Shown here: piece after piece, positions 40,504 to 54,451 of the stretch
Numbering within the stretch: the stretch's first letter is position 1
How the letters are laid out: each line of letters begins with the position of its first letter
Source: Octopus vulgaris
Taxonomy: Eukaryota
Direction: 5' to 3'
Assembly: GCA_951406725.2 (NCBI GenBank)
Contig: OX597829.1
Location: 5,518,001-5,582,000, forward strand
Length of the DNA: 64,000 nucleotides
Notes under the pieces: model-generated
What the model was told of the DNA's origin: nothing
Databases searched by the model: none
What the model saw: the letters and a program-made list of their open reading frames with translations, nothing else
Translations under genes and position numbers: made by a program

Positions 40504-40921
40504 CTAAACGAAATAAAATACGTCCAAAGTAAATAAAAATAATAATTATATGGTATAATAAAAAGAAAAAAAGAAAAGATCCCGAAGACTATTTTAGATA
40601 AGAAAATTATTGGCGATTTTATTTTCAAGGGAGCTAACTCCGTTTGGGCTGTAAAAGGCCCTGGAAAATTTCGGTTTTTATCTTCAGAAAGATTTTATTT
40701 TCAATTTGGTATTAAAACGCGCTTTCAATTTTATATTAATACTTTTAATAAATTTCTATTGTATGATTTTCTCATTGTGAATGAATTGACAAATGAAAGT
40801 TATAAATAAATTTATAATGAGTGAATAAATGTAAATTATTCTTCAAAAGTTTGTCGCTCAAAAATATTTGTCAATGAGAACAAAGTTTACTTTATTATAA
40901 ATACAACTTGAAGACATAGTT

Positions 40922-41095
40922 ATGTGTGTGCGTGTGTGTGAATGTGTGTGCGTGCGTGCGCATGTGTGTGTGTGTGTGTGTGCGTGTGTGTGTGCGTGTG
41001 TGTGTGTGAGTGTGTGTGTGTGTGTGTGCATGTGTGCGTGCGCGCGCGCTTGTATGTATGTGTGTGTGTGCGTGTGTGTGTGTGTTCGCGCGCGC

Positions 41096-41155
<60 letters not shown>

Positions 41156-41186
41156 GTGTGCATGTGTGCGTGCGCGCGCGCTTGTA

Positions 41187-41269
<83 letters not shown>

Positions 41270-41613
41270 ATTTGGTAGGTGATTGATTAAATATTTCATC
41301 CTTCGAACACGCATTGATTTTTTTAAATTCCATGTGGCGAGATCGATACGCAAATATTTTTGTAGTGAGAAAATTTAAATCGAAGAAAAAGCAGAAAACT
41401 TTCTCGACCCTTCCTTCTTCCTTCATTCCGTCTTTTCTTTTTTATCTTTCCTTTTTTTTCTTCCTCTGCCCCCCACTCTCTCTCTCTCTTTCGCTTTCGC
41501 TTTCACATTCCCATCCCCTCACCGCGCGCACGCGTATCGAAATGTATTGTTTATCCAAGAGGATAATCAAAGCAAACACACACACACACACAACACACAA
41601 CACACAACACACA

Positions 41614-41645
<32 letters not shown>

Positions 41646-41658
41646 AACACACACACAC

Positions 41659-41745
<87 letters not shown>

Positions 41746-41757
41746 CACACAACACAC

Positions 41758-41818
<61 letters not shown>

Positions 41819-41825
41819 CACACAC

Positions 41826-41863
<38 letters not shown>

Positions 41864-41901
41864 TACAAGCGCGCACGCACACATGAACACACACGCACAC
41901 G

Positions 41902-41932
<31 letters not shown>

Positions 41933-42020
41933 ACACACACACACACAAACACACGCGCGCGCGAACACACACACACACGCACACACACACATACATACAA
42001 GCGCGCGCGCACGCACACAT

Positions 42021-42062
<42 letters not shown>

Positions 42063-42125
42063 CACACAATACACAATACACAACACACAACACACAACAC
42101 ACACACACACACACACACAACACAC

Positions 42126-42195
<70 letters not shown>

Positions 42196-42206
42196 CACAC
42201 ACACAC

Positions 42207-42237
<31 letters not shown>

Positions 42238-42313
42238 CACACAACACACACACACACACACAACACACACACAAACACACAACACACACACACACACACA
42301 ACACACAACACAC

Positions 42314-42380
<67 letters not shown>

Positions 42381-42396
42381 CACACAACACACACAC

Positions 42397-42428
<32 letters not shown>
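40922..42428. repeat. (GT)n tract 40922-41270 and (CA)n tract 41575-42428 forming an inverted pair
   Basis: 41021-41110 is the reverse complement of 41940-42029, including the interruptions. Confidence 0.9.
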
Positions 42429-42430
<2 letters not shown>

Positions 42431-42869
42431 TACACATGAATGCTGGCCACCTCAAACACAAGCAATTTATTGCTGAGCAACACACAATAAACAAAGCCTC
42501 CTGGGAAAAGGTAGTTGGATACGAAAAGGTCATTTGAAGCAGATTTGGGGGTGAATCGAATATTTTCATGAAATAAAGGTTGAAATATATGAATAAATAA
42601 TAAAATCTTGAAACAGGCAAAACACCAGCTTCCCTGTTATCCGTATTCTCGTGTGATGCTAATAAGAAATTAACAACGAAGAAATATTTATCGATCTCGA
42701 CACAGGGAGAACAGGCCGAAAGAAATATCGGGTAATATTGTTAATTTACTTAAGCAATTAATTTTTTCTTCTTACATTATATTCTAGTTTCAACTTAATT
42801 GTAAAACAGATAAAATGTATATTCTATAAGTAAAATGTAAGTTTTAGGCAAGTCACTTCGTAATACTTT

Positions 42870-43175
42870 GTTCGTGGACCTGGTCGGTGGACTTGGTGTA
42901 GCCACGGCAAGAAAGCTGGTATAACAATCTGATCAAGCCACGATTAGATATGCTGGGGAGTTGTTATAATTGCGAAAGCCCAGACTCACCAGAAAAATTG
43001 ACATTGATTTCCGACCACATCGACTCAAGGACAATATTTTGTGGCCTTTTTTAACCTTACATCTAATCGCGTCTACACCATTCCCAAGGAACACAAGAGC
43101 GACGTTTGAAGTAATAGAGAAAGCGAAAACTGATTCGTATAGATTCATACATCCTAAAGAATATGAACGGACACT
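42870..43175 (-). pseudogene. Decayed EGF-like pseudo-exon
   Basis: CPFIFF..RSCVP-GNGVDAIRC; nucleotide similarity to the 31.8-kb and 40.4-kb copies; acceptor AG appears mutated to AA. Confidence 0.35.
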
Positions 43176-44222
43176 TTAAACAAAATGACAAACATTTAAA
43201 CTGTATAAAAAAAATAACTGCGTAAATTGGCACATTAAAATAATTTTGTTTACGTAAGAAAAGAATATTGTATTTAAAACTGCTGAGAAATATCGTCAAA
43301 TTTGCTTGCAAGGGAGCTAACTCTGCTCGGTTTGTAAAATGTCCTGGAAAATTTCCGATTTAATTTTGCGAAAGATTTTATTTTTAATAAAGTATTACAA
43401 GACAATTTCAATTTTATATTCAAATCTTCTTCTTAATTTTTATTCTATAGAAATATACAATTATGTTAGAATGAATGATGAATTCATGAGTGAAAGTAAT
43501 ATATCAATTTATAAAGAATGAAGAAATATACAAATTGTCTTCTGAAAGTTGGTGTAATTCATAAATTTATTGTAATGTATACAAACTTACTTTACCGTAA
43601 ATATAATTTGAAAATGTGCGCACGCGTATGTTTTTGCGTGCGTGTGGGTGTGTGGACTTGGTGTGTTTGTGGCACTGCATGTGTCGAGATGGATAGGTAA
43701 ACTATTTTTGTGGCTTGTGACCCGGCCTCATTGATAAAATAATTCTTCAGTTTCATGAATATTACATTTTAGGAACACTTCTGTTGCACCTTTGCAGCTT
43801 CTTCAAATAAGCTCTTCATATCCACCTGTTCGTTTGTAAGAATGTTTGTTTATTGTGTCGCCAAGACTTTTCTGTGTTTGTGTTTGCCACGGTGACTGTG
43901 CTTGTGTAATTATGTGTATCTGGTGGTCAGAGTTAATCTATATGTGTGGTTCCGTGTGTATACGTGCATTTTGTCTGTACGAAGGTAAGTATACATGTAT
44001 GTATATATCGATACATGTATGTGTCTGAGTGTGTAAGTGTCCGAGCCTATGTGTTTGTGTTTTTGTGTTTTTCTATTTGGTGTGTAAATAATTTAGAAAT
44101 ACTAGAAAGTTTCAGAAAAATATTTCCTATTTATTTTAATACAATGCAATTATTAGAAATTAGGAGCAAGTCAGAAAGTTAGTGAAATTTTTTAAATGAT
44201 TCGCGTTTTCTTTTTCTCTCCC

Positions 44223-44282
<60 letters not shown>

Positions 44283-44493
44283 CTCTCTCTCTCTCTGTAT
44301 ATGTGTGTCTGTTTGGGAATACACAGTTCATCTAACAACATAAACAGAGCCTGCACTCACACGAACACACAGACACAGTAACAAATACATATGCAGACAA
44401 TCGCACATACACGAATGCTCCCCACCTTGAACACACAGCTACATGCACGCGCACACACACTCACATACACACACACACACACACAGAGACACA

Positions 44494-44586
<93 letters not shown>

Positions 44587-45021
44587 GTCTCGGCTTTGTT
44601 GATGAAACTACACCAGGTCTGTCAACCAATTCCAAGAACAGAATGGAATAGTATTACGTACATAAATCCATGTAACTTATATCTTAGCCTTTAACTGATA
44701 TTTCTTTCCGTTTTGCTCCCTTTCTGCTGAAATCAATAAATATTCTTTTTGTTTATGTTCTTGTTACATTGTTAATTTCTAATTATTATCTAACGTGAAT
44801 ATTGACAACTGTGAAGCCGGTGCCTCTCATTTCTCTTGTTTAATATTTTCTTTTTTTTATTTCATTTTATGAAAGTCTTCGAATCACTTCTACAACTTCT
44901 TCAAATGACCTTCTCATATTTAACCGTTGATTTAAAAAGGTTTTCTTTATTTTGCTTTGCTAAACATTATATTGTGTATGTGCGTGAGGTTGTATGACTG
45001 AACAGACTCTAGTGGGAAGCA

Positions 45022-45172
45022 AAATGATAAGGAAATTACTTAATTAGTTAGGCAGTAATTAAATAATAAGGAAATTAATTAATTAGTTAGGAAGTAATCA
45101 AATAATAAGGAAATTACTTAATTGGTTAGGCAGTAATTAAATAATAAGGAAATTAATTAATTAGTTAGACAG
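45022..45172. repeat. 39-bp AT-rich minisatellite, about 4 copies
   Basis: Unit aaataataaggaaatta(c/a)ttaattagttagg(c/a)agtaatt. Confidence 0.9.
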
Positions 45173-46241
45173 TGTTTCCATGATGATATTTTACACATCC
45201 AAAGATATCCTTTATTTAAAGAATCCCTTCACGACTTGTTCTAATACAATTTACTTTTCTGCGTTAAAAGAAGTAATTTCCAACAAAAATATATCAAACG
45301 AATTATTATCTTTGTCGTTGATTTCGTAGAATGAGGTGAGTAAAATGTCTTGCTGTATTTTTTTTTATTTACATCTCTTTACCACTAACTACATCCAGAA
45401 AGGGTTGAAGAACTTCACCTCCACTTATAATATCACAATCTAAACAAAATCACATCCCCTGGATCTACTCTCTGTATAATAATCTACAACGACACTGAAA
45501 GCAAATGTTAAATTTCCAAATTGCCAGAATCACCTTCGATATATTTCGCAGTTACTGTTTCTCCTTTAATACAAGGCCAATAATTTCATGAGTGGCCCTA
45601 GTTGATTATGCAGGCTTGAGTAATTGATTGATACTGTTTTATCGACCTTGGGAGGATTCGATGCAAAGTTGTCTTCGATGTTAGGACGTAAGGAGCCTGA
45701 AGAAATAATGCAAGAGATCTTCGATGCTCCAACGATGTCGCATCCATTCTCACATTAAACAAAACGTATTTTGTCAGTCCTGGACTTCTTGACATCTTGT
45801 CCACTGTAGGAAACGTCCCCTTAAATCCTTGACCACATATATAAGGGTTTGGTCATTAGCATTGCCGATGAATGAAGTGATGACATAGTATCACAGTGAT
45901 GTTTTGTAGAAGACGGAAACGTGAGAATATGTTCAACGTTTCCGAAATAATAATTTTAAAAAATCTTGGTTTCTAATTAGTGTAATATACATTAATAGTA
46001 TTAATAACTATTGCGTGCACGAAGAACAATGTGACCAATTAAATATTTTCCGGCAAATATATGGAATTTTGAAAATCATTCATCTGGCTAAGTCTGCAAT
46101 AACAGAAACAGAAACGGGAGAGGAGTTTCTCTATCAAGGGAGCTAACTCCATAGCCTTTGTAAAATGGTTACGAAAATTTCAGAAGCTAAAATTTAATGC
46201 AACGTTTTATGTTTTAAATAATGTATTATATGCTTTTAGTA

Positions 46242-46522
46242 GAGGCACATGGCTTAGTGGTTAGAGTCGAGGGGTCGTGAGTTCGAATCTCACACTGGGT
46301 GATGAGTGAAACACCTAAGCTTCATGCGGTTCTGGCAGAAGTTAATGGCGAACTTCTGCTGAATCTTTCGCCACAACTTTCTCTCATTTTTACCTCCTGC
46401 ATCTTGCAGCTCACCTGCGACGGACCGGTGTCCCGTCCAGGTGGGGAATCTATACGCCAAGGAAACCGAGAAACCTGCTCCTATGAGACAGGCATGGCTT
46501 AGGTGAAGGAACAAACAACAAC
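46242..46522 (+). mobile_element. tRNA-derived SINE related to family B, with a different 3' half
   Basis: gaggcacatggcttagtggttagag..gtgagttcgaatctc head; aaaacacctaagcttcatg and ccacaactttctctca are shared with 3381-3560; (AAC)n tail. Confidence 0.75.
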
Positions 46523-47714
46523 ATGTTTTTAATATTCTTCTGATTTCCTGAGTTTTGAATTTTAAAATATATGTTTAGCAGGAAGGTGCGTATGATGAGT
46601 TGTTAGGTCAAAGAGAAAAGGAAGATACAAGTCTTCACTCAGATTATTAAAACTCTGCTACACATTGAATATTATTTTCTTTCATTCCTGGTATTGTGTG
46701 TGTGTGTGTGAATTGTTGAAAGCTGAGTAATGTTTTAACTGTTATTACTAGTATTTACGTTGTTTATTTTCTGTATATATCCAACATACTTCAATCAGAG
46801 ATGACAAATATAAACTGACACGTATTAAGATTGATAGCACTTAATATTAAAGTACATTGTCTCCCTTAAATTCATACATTTTTTGTATATTCGAAGTCTT
46901 CTAATTGTAAAAAGCACGACAAATGAATGTAGAATGTCTAAAACATGACACTTGTTTTAGATTTATATATTTTGTCCTTTCATCAATATTTCCTTAGCCC
47001 CCCAAAATCTCTTGCTTCTATTGCCAATTATATATTTTCAAATTACAGTCGATTCCTTTCCAAACTTGATTTACAGTTGTCTCAGTTTGTAGGATATTAA
47101 TTCATTCAACTGAAGGGAACGCTAACTCTCCACATATTACGAGCTTTCATAGAAGACGACTTAGCTCACAATACCTTAATCAAGCTACATAAAAAATAGG
47201 GGAACGCAAGGATATACAGATCACTGTTAATTCTAAATTGTTGTAAAATTCATTCCCCACCGCTGAAGATTTATATTGTTAATCTTGTTTAGCCGCTTCA
47301 TGTAAACTTTTCTCCTATAATTTTATCCGGCTGCCTTCATTAGTGGCTTTCACCATTTAGCTTCAGTCGTTCATTTACCTAGATTATCTTATCCAAACTG
47401 AGATATTACCCATCCATGTATTCTTTTGGTGATGGTGGTGGCGGGAGTTTTTCTTTACCTATAGCATGGATAATTTCAATTGATATTTTTAAATCAATGT
47501 ATTAGATATGTGAAGGCCTACCGTACATGAATTTAGTTTGAGAACCACTCTCGATCTTTTTCGTTTTCTTCCAAACACTTCCAAGATTTATATTTATATA
47601 CCTTTAGAATAATATCATTTTCTAAATCTCAGGCCATGCTTTCGATTAGCTAGAAATAACAGCCAAAATGAAACGAAAACACATGGAATGTTAACTATGA
47701 AGAAATAAAACAAT

Positions 47715-48236
47715 ATTTTTTCGAAGAGTTCGCATGTTTTCTACATGCGGCACCACATAAACTCGTAAGGATAGGGGTCCACTGCAGAATGATGAGTGTA
47801 ACAGTGCCATTTATTCCCTCGCTTGAGACAGGCCTAAATTCTTTCTGCTGCTTGCTGGGTTTGGATCCTGTCTTGCGAGTTTACAAAGTTAATGCTGCAC
47901 TTCATCATTCTATGGTGAAAGCGTTAGCTTGGTATCTCAGGAAAATGCGAGTATGCGTGCCACATGTCACTGAATAATTGTTCCCAGCAGAATTGAATGT
48001 CGAAAGCAATCTTCGACTGTGTCACAATCACAAGAGGACACTCCGAAAAGGAAAAAAAAGAAATTTCTCATGTTTCGCGACATACACTGGCGAAAACCCA
48101 GACCCACATTCGCGTAGGATCCGAACCCCGGTTGTTGTATTTTCTTCTCGAAAATACAGTTTGGTTTGCTTCAACAATTCTACCAGAACTACCAAGCAAA
48201 TCTTTTGTGCAAATCCCACGTAAATAATTTCCATAG
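47715..48236 (-). pseudogene. Merlin / IS1595-family (ISXO2-like) DDE transposase remnant
   Basis: GSSGRIVEANQTVFSRRKYNNRG..WVFASVCRET..FSDMWHAY..SINFVNSQDRIQTQ..ERI*ACLKRGNK..YEFMWCR matches the VEIDES.F.RRKYNRG, WVFG, SD.W.AY, NHS.NFV, HTQ.IE..W and EFMWRR motifs. Several stops. Confidence 0.85.
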
Positions 48237-48799
48237 TCTACTACAGTAGCGATACAAATCCCTAATTCCTCCTTATAAATATCTAGAAGTTGTCAATTCT
48301 CTCACCCACACCAATCTGGATAAACAAATGATACACTGCAGTTGCCATGACAACAAACATTGGTTAAAATTCAATGGCTAAAAACATGTAACTTTCAATA
48401 CTTCTAACTTCTATTTTTTTTTAAATTAATTTTTCGAAAAAACAAATGAATGCGATTTTCGTCAGCAGCAAGTAAAACTACATAAAAAGACGTTTTTAAA
48501 AACATTTTCAGATTAAAATTTAAGAAAATACGATCGGCAGGAAGAAAAGGAAAAAAGATCCTACATTCCCCTCATCCATATTTCTAATTGTCTTATTCCG
48601 AACAGACTGTGGTCTTCCCGTTAAAACAGGCAAATTAATAATAACTGTGGATGTTATCCACAATCCTCAGCATGGAAACATAGAAGTCAACTGGTTAAGG
48701 CATTGAGTTCTTTTTCTCCACGTCTCGATGTTTTGTTTTGGCAGTACTTGAACTCACAAAAGTGAGAGGCAGTATTATCTCTAGATGCTAACACTCACA

Positions 48800-48997
48800 C
48801 CAAAGGCCAGTAATTTGTGGGGACAGGATAAGTTCATTACATCAACCTCAATGCTCAACTGGCACTTATTTTATGGACCCCGAAAGGATGAAAGATAAAA
48901 TCGATCTTGGCGGAATTTGAACTCCGAACATAAAGACAGACAAAATACTGCTAAGCATTTCTCCCGGCGAGGAACGTTTCTGCCAGCTCACCGCCTT
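48800..48997 (-). mobile_element. SINE family C
   Basis: gaccccgaaaggatgaaag..ggcggaatttgaactc..ctgccagctcaccgcc. Confidence 0.8.
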
Positions 48998-49689
48998 AAA
49001 ATAAAAAGTATATATAAAAAACATTTGAATTAGTTAAATGGCAGTTTAACTTCCGTTCGCTGTGGAAAAATAAACAAATCTGAATGCGTAATGTTATTGT
49101 TTCTGAACACAGATGAATAAATATCTTTCAATGTACAAAGAAAATAAAAGATAATTTGGAGGATGTGAAACTTCTAATAAATGGTTTAAAAACTGCATCC
49201 TTGCTAATTTAATATATCTCACGTTTTCTATTACACGCTGTGCTGTACATCTATTATTTCTTGAAAATATTTAATTATATATGACAATCTTTCAGCACCA
49301 ATATTCCAGTTCCAAAGAAAAGTTTAGTTATTTGAATCTACCTAGAATTTTATGTGTAATTATTTTCTTGACTAAGGAAAGCACGAGTACTAGGTGTTCT
49401 TTCGATGCGCCATCTTAATTCCTGGATTCTGTTGTCTCCTGAAGCCCTGCGGGAAGACGATTATTAGCTAAGATACAATTCCATTTACCTGTATTAGAAG
49501 GTGATATATACTTCCAACGCGAAAGAAATTAATCATTTTGCTTGATTCACAGTTTGAAGTAAATTTATTCATGTAGCAATGTATGGACATGATTACTTCT
49601 GTCTTCGACAAAGTTCAAATTACCACTAGCACAAAAAAAAATAGTATAGTGTGGGTGAGGCCTGCAAACACAGGTTAATACTCCTTTCT

Positions 49690-49880
49690 ACTAAAGGCAC
49701 AAGGCCTGAAATCTGGAGGGAGGGGCTAATCTAGCACATCGACCCCAGTGTTTCACTGGTACTTAATTTATCAACTCTGAAAGGATGAAATGGCAAAGTC
49801 GACTTCAGCGGAATTTGATCTCAGAACGTAAAGATGAACAAATTGCCCGATACGCTAACGATTCCACCAGCTTACCGCCT
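49690..49880 (-). mobile_element. SINE family C
   Basis: catcgaccccagtg..actggtacttaatttatc..gaaaggatgaaa. Confidence 0.78.
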
Positions 49881-49929
49881 TAACACGGACTAATAATGAC
49901 CAAAATATACAAACTGTTGAAAGGGTCAT

Positions 49930-50200
49930 ACAAATTGGTATCAACTTCTGAAGAATTATACTGATTGGCGTTGACGGTAACAGCAAAATTAGCAGAACCA
50001 GGAACGTCTTTACTATACTTAAAATAACGGTGTGGGGAAAGGGAGGGGCTCCAGTCGCCAATGAAAATAGGAAGATGTGTTTCTCAGCCAACTTCACTGT
50101 ATGTCAATGAAACGTGGACTGTTTCTTACCGATTCCACAAAAATCTTGATTCCATCTGAACAGCCATCACAATGTAGATAAAATTACAAAGTCTTCTTAG
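49930..50200 (+). mobile_element. Degenerate APE-endonuclease fragment of a LINE (RTE-like)
   Basis: IILIGVDGNSKISRT..GKGGAPVANENRKMCFSANFTV resembles the GDFNAKIG...NENG..F..N.L pattern. Confidence 0.35.
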
Positions 50201-50513
50201 TTTGTCCAGAACCCAAACAAATTTATTGAGTCCATTTTCGTTAGTCAGATGACTTTTCTGGAATGGGTGAGAAGTTCAAAATCATCTTTATTAGTTAATA
50301 TTTAATTTTAATTTAGAAAATCTCGGATAAAAAAAGATCTTTTTATAAAGAGCTTATGGATGAAAATATGAGAATGTCAAAGTTTGAAAAAGGATAAAAG
50401 TTTATTTCAGTCAGATATTCAGAGAAAAATCAAGAATACCTGGGTTATAGCACAATTTGAAGAAATATATGTTGTCCTCCTCGGTAACTTTGCCTTGACA
50501 ACAGTTTTGGATA

Positions 50514-51027
50514 TCTATATATATAAAACTGTAGTTGTGTGAGTGTCTGTCCCCTTCGATTTAGATTCCTAACTACTCCCACATTTTGCGGTGCAGTTTA
50601 ACCAAATTCGGGTATCTTATAGTCGGGATTCATATCGAGCCCGTCTGACTATTAGCGCGCGTCTACGATGAGTCTACGATTTAAAAAATAATTTAACATA
50701 ATTTTTTATTCCATTTTAATGCATAATTTTTCGTGTGTCGATGGCGGCGGAGTTGGCGTCCATGGTCACACCTGCACCTGTGTTGCTTCTCCCCCTTCTT
50801 CCCTCCCTCGTGAAACTGGGGGTAAGGGAGTGTAAGGAAATCAACGCCGTAAAGCGTTGTCAAGGAGACCAGCGTTCTTTTAGAACAACGACTTCATGGC
50901 TTGAAGACACCAAAACAGAAATGGCTAAGAAAGCCCGAATTGGCATCTATAAGGGAAGTAACTCTCTAAAAATACTTATATAGTTATTTCCCTTACAAAC
51001 CCGAGCAACGCCGGGCGATACTGCTAG
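50514..51027 (+). mobile_element. Complete 514-bp non-autonomous Helitron
   Basis: 5' TC after host A (50513), 3' hairpin cccgagcaacgccggg, terminal CTAG (51024-51027) before host T, no TSD. Confidence 0.9.
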
Positions 51028-51379
51028 TTATCCATAAATTTCGACATGCAAAACCGTTTCCGTTTCTCGTCAACATTTGATGTTTATAGTAAAAACAGGA
51101 GCAACGAATTGGAAATGTCTGAGGTAATTACGAATATGGAAAGCATGGTATAATTCATACCTCGCCCTGGTTTTTTTCCGTACCTTCTCAGGAAGTGTTC
51201 ACAATTTTAAACATTCAAAACAATCCTTTAGTGTTTCATTGACTATTTGCTGTATGAGTAATCTTCGGTCATAGGGCAGTTTAAACTGGCTTTTGTTTCA
51301 TATGTGAGACTCTATCGCATCTGTATTTTGTATGGAAAACATCACCCAGAAGACTTTAAATACCATTATCAAAGCAGTC

Positions 51380-51451
<72 letters not shown>

Positions 51452-51819
51452 CGCGCGTTTGTGAGTGGGTGTGTGGTAATGACTATGAATGCTAAGAACA
51501 CCATCTTTCCGATTGTAAAATATTTCCGATATATTCATCATATTTTCTCCCTTAAAATAAAATATTACTAAGTTCTACTGTAGACACACATTCGATAATA
51601 TATAATTCCAATTTTTGACTGAAGATATGAAACAATGGCGAACAAGGTCGGTTCTTTTTCCTCTCATATTTCCAGGGAAAATTCGACCTTTGTAACGTCG
51701 TTGTAGAAACCTTTCAAAGGAACTATTTCTTATTTTAAAGTAAATACTATCATTTTAAAATATAAAACTGGATAAATAATAACACCAATTTCTTGGCTGT
51801 CATAATTGAAGCATGTATA

Positions 51820-51985
<166 letters not shown>

Positions 51986-52389
51986 TTAAATAGTTTGGGA
52001 AAACGAATTTTCAAATCAATCAGGTATAACCCTTTAGCATTACATGTATCTGCATATTGTGAAGTGGAGTCTTAAAAGTACTATATTTGTACATATTCAT
52101 CTAGAAATATACAAAATATATTATAATAGAAAATAATAATAATAGTTCAGTTTTGGGGATTTATCAATAGATATGTGGGTATTGTGCAAAAAATAACATA
52201 ACGAGCATATCTGAAGGTAAACTCGTGGTTATATATATATATATATATTTATATACGCATCAAGAAATAATACTTCAAGGATAAAACCAGTACAACAGCA
52301 GGGTATAAAAAATATACTTCCTTAATTATCTCCTACGTGAATTAAAATTATTATTACGAAGGAACTACACGTTTCAGTATTGGAAGATT

Positions 52390-52600
52390 ATATATTATAT
52401 AAAATCCGTTCTGTCTGTCTGTGTGTGTGTCTTCTAGGATCTCGGGCATCCTCCATCCGATTGCGCTCAAATTTGGTAATGTAGATACTGACTGTATCAG
52501 GGCGTGTATAAGTCTTGAAAAAATTACAAAAATCAATTCCAGGTGAGAATGCGATCGACTAAGCCGTGGGAACGTGCATTTGTAAAATCGTTTTTCTTGG
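52390..52600 (+). mobile_element. Probable 5' part of a second non-autonomous Helitron family
   Basis: tatataaaatccgttctgtctgtctgtgtg..gatctcgg..ccgattgcgctcaaatttgg has the same layout as the start of the 50514 element. Confidence 0.5.
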
Positions 52601-52805
52601 AATAGAAAAAGTCTATCTTTATTTCTTCTTTTGCTGGTGTCTCAAATTTAGGTTAAATCAGTGTTTCTCAAGGAGGTGGGCTATGGGACGGTCGGACAAG
52701 TTGTTTTGAGAAAATTTAGTTTAAATGTTTGGCAACTCAGCACCGTCCATTGGACGGGGGGGGGGGGTTGCTCGTAATATATGTGCGCGCGCGCGTATGT
52801 TAGTC

Positions 52806-53020
52806 CGCCTCTGCTACTTGACAACCGATGATGATGTGTTTATATCCCTGTGACTTAGCGGTTCGGCAGAAGATATCGATAGAATAAGTACCAGGCTTAG
52901 CAAAAAAAAAAAAAAAATGTTTAAATTAAGTGCTGGGGTCAATTCCTTCAACCAAAAAATCTTCAAGGTGGTGCCTCAGCATGGCCACGATCTCTTAACA
53001 GAAACAAGTAAAAGATAAAA
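52806..53020 (+). mobile_element. SINE family A-related 3' half
   Basis: cttgacaaccgatg..acttagcggttcggca..gatagaataagtaccaggctt..agcatggccac. Confidence 0.75.
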
Positions 53021-53802
53021 GCAAAAAACATGGATTTTTACTAAAGTTTTGGACGCTTTTAGGAATTATTTTACGAACTGTTTTTTATATAACCATGTAT
53101 TAAAACCAATTTTTAATAATATACATTCTTCAAATTAAAATTTTGTAAAATGGAAAAAAAAAAGTTTAATTGTGGTTTGCTGTAAAACTTTATCAATACA
53201 AATAATGTCACATTTGAAAATAAACATTTCTCTGTAAATAACAAATCAGTTTTCTACTTTTATCAGCCGAAGTGCCACGCATTGGGATTGAACCCAGAAC
53301 CAACGTGTTTCGGAAGCAAACTTATGTGTCTAGAAATTATCTGGAAGAAACTACAAGTTTGTTGCAATAAGACATCAACACTTAACAGCAGGCTTTGAAT
53401 ACTCTATCACTTTCTCGCATCTGACTTTGAGAATATACGTGTGTATATATATATTATCTGTGCGCGCGCGAGTGCCTGTAATATTGTTGAAAGTCAATTT
53501 GACCATATTGGCTCATATTCATTTAAGTTCGCACACCTTCCTAATATCACATGGTCATTTTTAATATCACTGTATTAATATCGTATAATCTGTGGTGTCT
53601 GGGGAGAGTCATTTTCTTTTTGTGCACAAACAACCAAAAGGGAACGCAGTGTAAATAAGGGACAGAGTCAAGACTATTGAAAAGGTTGCAAGACGCAACG
53701 AAAATTTTAGGAAAATAAAAATAAGAAATGAGTGGAAATTTTACCAGTGAGTGTGTTATATTATAAGGCACAAAAATAAAATCACTCTCCCCAGACACAA
53801 CA

Positions 53803-53858
<56 letters not shown>

Positions 53859-54057
53859 AATATTAAATTTCTAAATCTCTCATAGAGATATGTACGGTGG
53901 TTGTATACTGTCATTCTAACGTGAACGTGACAGTAGGGGGTTACACCACCGCTGTTTAGCCATAGGAAGCATCGACGCTTCCTGATGGCTTTGACACATT
54001 ATTCCTGTGTCCTTCTATACATTTACGAAGGGGAGACAAACACCCCCAGCAGCCAGG

Positions 54058-54118
54058 CCTGCATCTAGAGACACGCATGTTTCAGGATCATTGTCCTTCA
54101 TCGGTATAGAGTAGCAGA
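54058..54118 (-). ncRNA. Type I hammerhead ribozyme fold, one stem I mismatch
   Basis: Reverse complement of the 54391-54451 motif, with tctata in place of tctaga. Confidence 0.65.
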
Positions 54119-54390
54119 CGCCCGTCTGCCGCGAATATCTGTCCCGATCCGCAAATGTATATATCTAATTTTCAGTGAAGCTTATTCACTGATTACCAAA
54201 ATCAGAAATATTAAATTTCTAAATCACTCATAGAGATGGTGGTGGGGCGATAGAATGGTTGTATACTGTCAATCTAACGTGAACGTGACAGTAGGGGGGT
54301 TACACCAGCGCTGTAATCGGTGAATAAACTTCACTGAAAATTAGATATATACATTTGCGGATCGGGACAGATATTCGCGGCTGACGGGCG

Positions 54391-54451
54391 TCTGCTACTC
54401 TAGACCGATGAAGGACAATGATCCTGAAACATGCGTGTCTCTAGATGCAGG
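54391..54451 (+). ncRNA. Type I hammerhead ribozyme fold (U4C core variant)
   Basis: tctgc-tac-tctaga-CCGATGA-agga(caatga)tcct-GAAA-cat(gc)gtGTC^tctaga-t-gcagg: stems I, II and III, a stem I internal loop and a GUC cleavage triplet at 54437-54439. Confidence 0.75.

Noticed and set aside
40858-42620. His/Thr- and Cys/Val-rich ORFs
   Set aside because: Translations of (CA)n/(GT)n tracts.
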